Positions 54,313 through 64,000 of a stretch of DNA of 64,000 nt are shown piece after piece. Below the pieces are notes generated by a model. That model was given only the letters and a program-made list of their open reading frames with translations, did not search any database and had not been told where the DNA came from. Within the stretch, counting starts at the first letter, position 1; the number at the start of each line of letters is the position of its first letter. Position numbers and translations under genes: made by a program. The stretch comes from Monocercomonoides exilis PA203 (lineage: Eukaryota > Protista > Preaxostyla). The stretch lies in NCBI GenBank assembly GCA_001643675.2, contig LSRY02000013.1, forward strand, positions 124,001 through 188,000. The letters run 5' to 3'.

Positions 54313-57300
54313 TCAACGAATGCTGCTCTTCTCTGCATTGTTCGGCTCCAGTGCGAGAGAGATCGCCATAAACCGTTTTGTGGGGTGGGGATTCCAGTGG
54401 CGCATGATGAACGACTGAATTGGCCTGCTGAACGAATAATACGAAAAGTAGGAAGAGGAAGTCTGCGAAGTGCTGGCGGAGGAGGAGTTGGAAGAGGAAG
54501 GGATCGAATAGGGACTCTGATACTGCAAGAAGTCAGTGGCGATGTCGTACACACGCCGCAGGAAGTCTACGTTGATCATTCCATCAATTTTGGTGTCGTT
54601 CTCAAAAATGAGTGACATCTGCTGAAGATACGCAGCTGAAAGAGAAGAAATCGAAAAATTACACAAAACAAAATACAGAAATCGTTCGTCAATTTGAAAA
54701 ATATTGAAATTGCCAAAGAAAAGAAAGAGAACTGTTAAAATATGTGAAAGCAATTGAGCATACGGCTATTGATGTTTGAAAGCACATATGCATTTGAAAA
54801 AGAAATGTTGTAAAGCAATTTATTAACAGAATTATTTATCAATAATTGAAGCAAACAATGGAGGCACTATTGGAGGCTTGACTTGCTTGAGTCTGGCTTT
54901 TGCTACTTTGAAGTTGCCTGTTGGATTGACATAGCGACGATACTCATTGTACAGCTGAATGCAACAAATCATAAAAAAAACAGTCAGAGGAATGATAAAA
55001 GCGCGAAATATGAGCAACAAAGAATTGTAAGTTTCACAGAAATCATCAGAAAATTGAAAAGTCATTCCATTCTTTCAAAAGAGAACAAACTGCTGTCACT
55101 TTTTTCCCTATTCCTCCCCACGTGAACTTCAGCCTGGTGATTGGTGTGTCGCTAAGTGCACTGACAATCGCAAACAAGCCGTCGAAGTTGTTGAGCTCAA
55201 ACAGACACTGAATCACTTGAAGGAGATATCCAATCACCTATTAAAATATTCATATGAATAAAATGTTTTCAATAATTGCATTAATTTCACATAGAAAATG
55301 GAAACATCCAACAAAGTTAATAAAAAACGAATGAATAATCGCTATCACTCAATTTGAACGAGAGATAATCATACTGCTCGTCTGCTCTTCACAGTTGAGT
55401 TCTCATCGAGCACCATGTTCATCACAAGATTTGTCAGTCTTTTTGATGACAGATTGATTGCCCAGCGAGCATTCCGCGAGATGCTCTGCCCTTTCGGACT
55501 CTCAAACGCGTTGTGGAACAGCTCAAAGCGGTCGATTTTGCAGTATGCTTCGTACTGGAGCAGGGTGATCTGGATGGCGAGGTCTGACGGGGTGATGTCG
55601 AGCAGCGTGAGAGGAGCAGACGGAGAAGAAGAAGAAGAAGATGATGATGATGATGATGAAGATGTTGCGGCTGAAGTGATGGTGGAAGAGGCAGCAGGAA
55701 TAGGGGGATAAAGTGATGAGTGTGTGGTTGTTCTGGCTATCGAAGTGGGAGTTTGTGTCAATGAAAGTGCAGTGTTCATTGTAAACTCACCAGAACGAAT
55801 AAGCTAAAAATAAAAACAGCAGAGTAATATGATAAGGAGAAAAAATGTTACAAAAATGCCCAATAATATCATTTATGCCTCAAAAGAAGAAGAAGAAGAA
55901 GAAGGAAAGCACACAGTTGAAGGCAGAGTTACTGCTGTATCGTCGCGTGTCTTTGTCTGAAGACGCGAGTGATAAATGCGACGTGTTAGCGAAAAATTGG
56001 ACTGTGCAGCGGAAGAAGAGCTGCTGGAGCGAGAATAGTCGGAGAAGAAAGGCTGATAGGGATCTTCCCTCTCCAAAAGCGACAGACTGACAAGGCCAGC
56101 CGACTGCTTCGAAGTGATCTGTTTTGAAAAGAAAAAGAAAAAGAAAAGAAAAAAGAAAAAAGATATTGAAGCAGATTGATTCATTAATCGCAAATGGAAG
56201 TATTCAAAAGAGCAAACATTGGAGTCAACAATGGAGCGAATGTTAGCCGAAAGTGTTCGGTGGTTGAGTGACAGCTGTGTGTCGCAGAATTCGATCAGCT
56301 CTTCTACCAGATGACAATCAAGGAAATCTGAATAGGTAAATGAATGAATGAATGAATGAATGAATGCGCATTATGTTTAATGAAGACATAATACAACATC
56401 GCCAGAAATGCATTCACAGTGCAGCAATTCACAGACAAATAACTTTAATCGTCATAAAACAGAAAGCTTCCACACCTTTGAAATATCTACTCACCCAGTC
56501 TTTCAGCACATTCCCAACTTTTGTCTGCACCTTCGAGACAGAGTCAGCCGTCTGCTGCCCCATCGGCGCCCGAAAGCGGTCCATTAGTTTGTGCAGAAGC
56601 ACTTCTGGGGTTGTCACCGTGCGATACACAAACAGAAAGAACTTGGTGAATTGCATCTGCGAGGCGTCTGAGCGGTCTGGATTTGTCAGCTTTTCAATCA
56701 GTTTGTTCAACGTTGCCAGACGAATCTTCATAGGATCGTCTGAGGAAGGATCTTCGTACTGGAAAATGTTGAACAAAGAAAAACAATAAATTTAATAAAA
56801 ATTTTAAATATCATACTACAATATTCGTCGGACGATCAGGTCCTTCATTCCAAATTGAATCAGATATTTCTATTTTTTTTTTTTTTTTAATTTTAATTAG
56901 TCACATAAAACTAAAGCATGTTTTCATATTATAATTTTTCAGCAAACCGTCGTCAAGTTTAATCAATCCTATCTTAAGGAGATGTTCTTTGACCCTTTCA
57001 ATATCAACCTCACCCTTGGGAGTTATCATTGTATGAATTGATGAAGTTTGACCCAGTGCCCCCCCAACAATAACAGTTAGCAAAGGAACTGCATCGTCAT
57101 TGGTCCCGCTTGTTGAATTTCGATCATCGTTTGAAAATCCTGGTTGTTCAATAAATTTCAATCTATTACTCCCAAAAAAACTTCCGCCAGAAGAGGTAGA
57201 ATTAGAAGCCTGAGCAGAAAAAGGCGATGCCCCTGGGATTGTCCAACTCTCTAGTGCGGATTGTCGTTGTAAGAGTGAAAGTTCCTCGCTGTTTTCTTCG

Positions 57301-57575
57301 TGTTCTTTTTCTGGAAATGATACTTGTGCTTCTTGTTCAAAGACTTGCAAAGTTGACGAATATCCTTCCAAATTTAAATATTGCATAATTAAATAAATCA
57401 TCAATTGTTTTGGAGGCTGTTGAACAGTAGCAGAAAATTGTTTATAAAACAATTTCGTGCGATAAACAGGCGAAACAAGTTGGTGAGACGAAAATAATTC
57501 TGGATGTCGTTGATAAGCCCTAAAAATCCAATCCGTTCGGTCTGGATGCTGTTCTAAGCTTTGCTGTTGAAACAT
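54313..57575 (-). CDS. LisH-REM-CDC25 Ras guanine-nucleotide exchange factor (10 exons, including a 2-nt microexon)
   Basis: LisH (LIMQYLNLEGYSSTLQVFEQEA), REM (ATLNKLIEKLT, FLFVYRTVTTPEVLLHKLMDRF), CDC25 (LAIQITL, ELNNFDGLFAIVSALSDTPITRLKFTW, PTGNFK, GMINVD). Confidence 0.9.
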
Positions 57576-58689
57576 TCAAAGTTTAAAAAAGCAAAAAATA
57601 ATTAAATTGTTTTGGAATATTTGATCAAGTATTTTTTGTTAATTTGAATTGGAAAGTTTTCACATATGAAAAGAAAAGGAAATGAGGTGAAGCGAATGAA
57701 TATGAAAAAACGGAAAATAAAAAATAAAATACAATTTTTTCTGAATAAAGACTCCATCTTTTTCTTTCATCCATTACATCGTTGATTCTGAGAATATTTC
57801 AATGAGTGACTATAAATCTATTTCTTTCCTTTTCTTTACCCTTCAAAATCAATGTTGAAGATCAATGAAATTCCAAAATTACAGAATTTGAAAGACTTGT
57901 TTCAATAAATCTTTTTCATTCTTTGATTCCACAAACAACGATATTTTATATCCTTCTCCTCTTCAATCCCTTTTCAATTTATAAAAATTGCCTTCATTGT
58001 GATTTTTTCCCCTCCTCTTTTTTCCATTTCAATCTCTTACTCCAAAAAAAATTCTCCCTGTGAACAGAATCTATCAGACATTTCTCGTTCAAATTTAATA
58101 ACCCAAATATAATCTTGGACAAAACCCGGAAATTTCTAACAAAAGTCGAAAAAAAGAAAAAGAAAATTATCAAATTTGATATTAGTAATCACATGCATAT
58201 TTCAATTGTTTAGCAATAATTCAATAAAAATATGATTAAAAAACAGAATTTGATTTATATATTTCTCTTTTACACAAGGATCAATAAACCATAACATATC
58301 CAGTTTTCTTTAATATGTCTTCTTTTCCTTCTTCAACAGCTCTTTCCAAAATTTTTGCAATAGATGAGAATCGAAGACTAGATTTAAAAGTTGAAAAAAT
58401 AAACTTTCTTCTATCAAAAGAAGAAATTTCGCACAAAAGCATTGTTTGTTCAGGGTCAGTTTCTTCTTCGGCTTTATATCGACATATCTCTTCTTAAAAG
58501 CAGGGAAGAGATCCTCAACACAATGGTAGACTGAATATGTTCACAAAGAAGAACAAGAAGAAATTGAAGGATGTGCAAAAACACTTTTGCTTTCGATGAA
58601 CAAAATAACATTTAAAGATGTCGTCAGTATTGTTTCGTATATTTGAGAATATTTTTTTTTGACTCAATTAAATTTATATTTTGAAGCCA

Positions 58690-59938
58690 AGAATGTTTCG
58701 AAGAGAAGAAAACGAAATGAAGACGACGAATGCGAAATGAAAGAAATTAATGAAAAATGGGCTTGAAGATTTATAAGAAAAAGCAACGCATTGCAAATGG
58801 TCAAACCACAAAATTTAGATATAAAACTGCTTTTAGCATTTTTTCCTGCAAACGTTTCTTTATAATTTTCATTATTAAAGGAAATAATAAAAACAAACAA
58901 AATTAGTCAGGTTCTGATTTAAATATTGATGAAACTGGAATTAGTTTATGCAAATCAGATAATAACAACATCATCACATATTCAGATCAAAAGCAGCCAG
59001 TATCACACTCACAACAGAATAATCCCAACGTGACATCAATTTTCAGAGTTTATGTTAACGGATCTTCTTTGAATCCATTGACGTTGTGGCCTTCGAGAAC
59101 CGTTCCGAAAGATCTTCTTCCTTTGAAGTTTCGAAATGTTGAAATTATTGCCAATGGAAGTGGGTGGACTGCAAAAAGTAACTACGAAGAAATTATGCTG
59201 AAAAACATTTTCACTGCAATAGACAAGAAAAGAGAAGAACTACATGGAAATGAAGCAACTGGTCTCATTATCATGGATGGACATTCGTCAAGGCTTTGTT
59301 GGTCAGTAATATCCGGGTGTCGCACGCATGCAATTGAAATTGCAATTCTTCCATCTCAAACCCCTCATTAAACACAACCCCTTGATAGATACGTGATTGC
59401 CCAGTTCAAAAAAAGGTTGCATTCTTCTTTCGAACCTCCCACCGAAAGTGGAGTATTTGCCTTCAGAAAAGCTCTTGTTCCAGCTTTGGCAGATGCGGTG
59501 TGTACTGCGATGGACCCCAGAACAATTATTAAATCGTTCTATGCATGCGGAATTGAGCCCTGCGATCCTTCCGTTGTTTTGGATCGATCGCACAATCAGT
59601 TGTCAGTCTCAGAAATTTATTCATCAACTTTTTCTTCAAACACTTCTTCAGGAATAATGAACAAAAAGGTTATCACAAGTGATGAATTTGTTGAAATGAA
59701 CACACCACGTGAAAAAGGTTTGAATAATACAAACGTTATTATGAATGTTTATTTCTTTGAAAAATGCTTTTTTATCATTGGAAAATGTGTGTCGAACAAA
59801 TACAGCGTCGTCCAATCCAAGTTGATATCAGTGAGTCAACCAGATGATCAACAGAACAAAAGCAGTGATAAACAAAATTCTGGGCAAAATTTAGAAGCAG
59901 AAATCGAGGAGAATGTTTTGTTTGTGGCTGAAAAATAA
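58690..59938 (+). mobile_element. Decayed pogo/Fot1-like DDE_1 transposase
   Basis: KWA*RF, NIDETG, SGW, IMDGHSSR, LPSQTPH*TQPLD in the expected order; in-frame stops; no TIRs found. Confidence 0.85.
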
Positions 59939-60822
59939 AAAAGAAAGAAGGTTTCAGAATCTGCTTGGGGAAGACAGTTTGACATTAACTAAGTTGCATT
60001 TCTATTTTCGAGGAACAAAACCTTTAAATAACCGATTTATATATTTTCGTTTTTGATTCATAAATAACAAATGCCAAACGCTTCAGTAAATGAATCTATT
60101 CACACCATAGTGATAAAAATAGAAAAGAATTCAATCATTAACCACTTCAATAGAAATTGTTTTTCCTTTTTTGTTTTTTTTTTTTTTTTCTTATGGACGT
60201 GAATAACAAATTCAACAAACAAACAAAAAATCGAATTTGAAGAAATCGAAAACTGCGGGCTATGCTTCCGTGCTTTGTCCTTTTCCAGGGTTTTGTCCAT
60301 GACCATATTATAAAACAAGTCCATCCAATCTTTCAAAAAGGATAAAACATCTAACTTTTTTGCCCACAATCTGCATGAACACAATTTCCATTCTGTTTCA
60401 ATTGGCTAGCCAAAAATTTCTCGAATAACTCATTCATTGACATTGAAAAAATAAATACGCATTTAGATCTGTAGGCTCTTTCTTTATAATTAGAAAAACA
60501 ATATTAAAACTTCGTACAATTTGTTCAAATCTTTATTCAATAAAACAAGAATTTCATAAAAAACAAGGATCGTTTAGTGTGAGTTTGATAATCTGAAAAA
60601 TATTGTGAAACAGATGAAAAAACGCAAAGCATTTAACAAAAATAACACGACGCCACATGTGGAAGGTTGCAGAAAAAATTCAAAAGAAAGATAAAAATAA
60701 CAGATTAAAAAGCATTTTGACGTGCGAGAAGGAATTATGAAATGATATGATGATGTAATGCTCCGCAAAAAATGTTCTCGATTTTTAATTTAGACAATAA
60801 ACACAACATTAAGTCAATATTT

Positions 60823-61980
60823 TTATCCTTCTTTCTTTTTTTCTTCGTTTTTGCCACTTGTTTTTTCGTCATCTTTACCCATTTCTTCCTTCTTTCTTCT
60901 CATCCATTCTTCATATTGATCAATATTTCTTTTAAGAATATCTTCAATAGGCCCTAACAGACGTTGAAATGCACTCTTTTCAAGAGTTAGGAATTTACAT
61001 TTGCAGAGAGCAATTACAGTCGCTGTGCGAGTCATTTCATCTGAAAGCAACGCAACCTCGCCAAAGAATTCTCCTGATCCCAATTCTCCAACTTTTGTTG
61101 GACCTGCAGATGGATCCACCGTACGTAACACTTCGACTTTTCCACTTTCAATTATGTAAAATCGAGTTCCAATATCACCTTCAGCAATGACCACAACCCC
61201 TTGTTCACATTCTTGAGGTTGAAGTGCATCGCAAAGAGTCTGCCGTTCATATTTGTCAAGTGAATCGAAAAACCTAACTTTCGAGATAAAATCTTGATAT
61301 TTCATTCGCTTTTCCATGACTGTCTTCATCATAACATGCCTATATGTTGCTTGATCAATTGCCCAAAGCACGCAGTCTGTTGTAGCTTGTATTGTTGCAG
61401 CACGTGGACAGTTGTGCATCAATGCAAGCTCGCCGAAAGATTCTCCTGCGCTCAGATGAGACACCTTCACTGGCTCCGATGTCTTGTCTTGAGCTATTAA
61501 AACATCTACTTCACCAGAATCAATAACATAAAAATAGTCCCCTTTATCGAATTGTCTTATAATAATATCATTCGCTTTTTTCTTCATCTCGAACATTGCG
61601 TCTAAAAGTCAATTTTTTGAAAAATATAAAGATAATTGCATTTTTTGTCAAATCTTATAAAAGGAAAATCATAACAACATACCAACAATCATTTCTTTTT
61701 GTTCTTCATCAAGAGCAAAAAATAGAAAGTTTGTTTTCGTAATTTCTCGTATTTTCGCTTTAGATTGTTCAGTTTTTTCAACAACTGATATTGTTTTTGT
61801 TTCATCATATTTAACGGTTGGAGGAGCGATAATTGCATGCCGCCGCCCGCTACGATAAGCTCCAGAAGTTGTTGAAGGTCGTGGAGCCTCTGTTCCTTCT
61901 TCAAGCTCATCTGGAATCGCTGTTCGTTCTAGAATTGGAGATTTAGATGAAGAAGGAGAGGACATTTCAGGAGTTGCCAT
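60823..61980 (-). CDS. PKAR: cAMP-dependent protein kinase regulatory subunit (2 exons)
   Basis: RRHAI inhibitor site; two cNMP-binding domains (FGELALMHNCPRAAT, FGEVALLSDEMTRTAT); FQRLLGP; intron 61602-61682. Confidence 0.95.
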
Positions 61981-62204
61981 CAAAATAATTTCAAGAAAAT
62001 AATATAAAAAAAAATCAATATAGATCTCTTCCCATATAATATTAATAAAGAAGATTTGTTCTTTTTGTTTAAACAAAAAAGATATATAAAATTTATTTGT
62101 CAAAAAGTTTCTGTTAAAATTTAAAATTTGAATATTTTTGAATAAACATTTAATAAAAAAAATTTTTTTAAATATTATTTTCTAAAAAAAACATAAAAAG
62201 AAAT

Positions 62205-64000
62205 TCAAGTGTCTTTCAAAGCTTGAGCTGCTCGATATTTCACATCTGCATCCGAATCGCTGGAAGCCATTCTCTCGAGAGTAGCGATGGCCTCCTTCTT
62301 CCAAGCGGTCCTTGTCATAATCCTAATTAAAATTCCCAGAGTGTCTGCCGCGTTGAGCCTGACGTTCGGTACGACATCCCTGCTCAGTCCAGAGACAGCC
62401 GGGAGTGCCTGTGTGAAGAGGTACTCTTCAGAGCACACAGCAGCAAAAGTGCCCAAACAGGCGAGCCCTGTCTGCCTCTCCTTGTGCGTGTTCCCGCGGC
62501 AGAGGGTGCAGCAGAAGGGCATCAGGTTCTTCCCCACCCACTCTGGCCCAAACACTTTGCCCACCTCACACAGACACGCCATCCCTGCCTTCCGCACTGC
62601 CACGACGCCGTCGCACACCCAGTCGAGGCACATCGGCAGGAGCTTCTCTTTGAAGGCTGCCTCGTGCATCTCAGTGGCGACAAGGGGGATGGACGACATC
62701 ACACTCACACGCACACGCCAGGGTATGTCATCAGAAGTGAGGGACTCAATCGCAGGGACGAGACGGGCGCTGATCTGGTTGAGATCAAGCACCTGGGAAT
62801 GAGAGAGAGAAATGGAGGAAAGAAGAAGAGAGAAGAAGAAAGAAAATTGATAAGTTAAGAGAAAAGGAAGATGATAAAAGAAGAAAAAAAGAGTATTTTA
62901 TTGTGTAAAGGAATGAACATTTAACAGATGATTCAGAGAGAAAGAGAAAGAGAAAGATAAAAAATAATAATCATCAAATAAACAAGTCAGACTTTTGTGA
63001 TAGAAGAAAGATTGGCAAGGACTGTCTGTCTGACTTCGATTGATTCTCTGTCTGAGAGAAAGTCCAGCAGAAGAGGGAGGACTTCTCTGTTGAATTCGCT
63101 TTTTGTGAGAAGAGAAGACACAGCCATCACTCCAACAACAAGCGTCTCTGTGAAGAAGAAGAAGAAGAAGAAGAAGAAGAAGAAAAAATGAGAATAAAAG
63201 AATGATTTTTAAAAGATATTGAAGAATTATTAAAAACAAAAACGAAAACAAAAAAAAAAAATAGCATTGAAAGAAGTTCAAAGAAACAATATTTTTTAAA
63301 CCAATTATTAGAAAATGAAAAAAGAAATATTTCATAAAAAATCCATATAAACATTATCATTCACCTTTGAAAGTGCATCCATCGTCTTTTGCTATTTCCT
63401 TGATGGGTGGCAATATCTGCTTCACAATCACTTCAGCTGGAAGTCTCTCACACACAGAAGCCAATCTGGCTGATGCTTCTGTCTTCACAACTGGCTCAGA
63501 ATCCTTTTGAGTCAAAGAGGAAAGGAAAGAAAGATTGGAAATAGAAACAATAAGAAGAAGAAATATTTCATTCCATTAAAATTTTGAGATTTTCAGACAA
63601 ATGGAAATCACTCACCATATTTTAGTGATAAATCAAAATTAATGAAAATTCAACAATTGATAAAAAATAAACATAAAAATCCCTTTTTGACACAATTTCT
63701 TTTCTTTTCTTTTCTTTTCTTTTTCATCCCATTTGCACACCCCCAGCAACTCCAAATAAATCGGAATGATTTCCTGTCTCACTTCATTCACCGACGGCGA
63801 CGCACACAGCCCGTCGATAAGCTCTGCTGCTTTGTATCTCACCCTCCACGAATTGTCCTTTGCGAGGCAACGGGCAATGGGGAGGATGACAGCACACGTC
63901 TCTTCGCTCGTCAGCTGCTTCGCTGCTGCCACAACAGCACCCATCATCCACAGCCGGATGGCGTCGTGTGTGTCTTGCGAGAGCCTCCCCATCATCTCTG
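62205..64000 (-). CDS. PPP2R1: PP2A scaffold (A) subunit, HEAT repeats, 5'-partial (4 exons visible)
   Basis: DNSWRVRY, LLG|DSEPVVK, LVPAIESL..WRVR, VFGPEW, DVVPNVRLNAA, DSDADVKYRA. Confidence 0.92.

Noticed and set aside
57780-58500. Possible minus-strand gene upstream of the RasGEF
   Set aside because: Only a short open stretch with no recognisable motif or coherent splice model; probably decayed sequence.
58480-60100. Terminal inverted repeats of the transposon
   Set aside because: None recognisable by eye.

Overview
AT-rich, intron-rich eukaryotic genomic DNA in the standard genetic code (TAA, TAG and TGA all end conserved genes). Introns are GT-AG, mostly 50-250 nt, with GTTTG/GTATG/GTGTG donors. 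Proteins carry abundant poly-Ser and poly-Glu microsatellite tracts. The sequence style and an expanded-family helical protein (8893-10243) point to the oxymonad Monocercomonoides (inferred from recall, not verified). Housekeeping genes: RPB8, kintoun/DNAAF2-like, PDI-like, POLA1, RPS16, PP4R3/SMEK, a divergent Rab7-like GTPase, RUVBL2, poly(A) polymerase, PES1, proteasome beta6, separase, a LisH-RasGEF, PKA-R and a partial PP2A-A. Also present: two identical tRNA-Gln(TTG) genes inside a ~260-bp inverted repeat, a large Cys-rich repeat gene with several lesions, a degenerate GT25-like gene, a decayed pogo/DDE_1 transposase and several gene remnants. Top finding: the RasGEF catalytic domain can only be spliced in frame with correct motif spacing through a 2-nucleotide microexon (AG|CC|GT at 54764-54765). 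Other leads: a 1-nt frameshift and a possible intron-retention switch in poly(A) polymerase, an in-frame UGA and a (CT)n frameshift in the Cys-rich gene, kintoun lacking its PIH1-N domain, a pseudo-Rab, complementary intron/exon 9-mer repeats in PES1, and several stop-free 3n introns. All gene models were spliced by hand.
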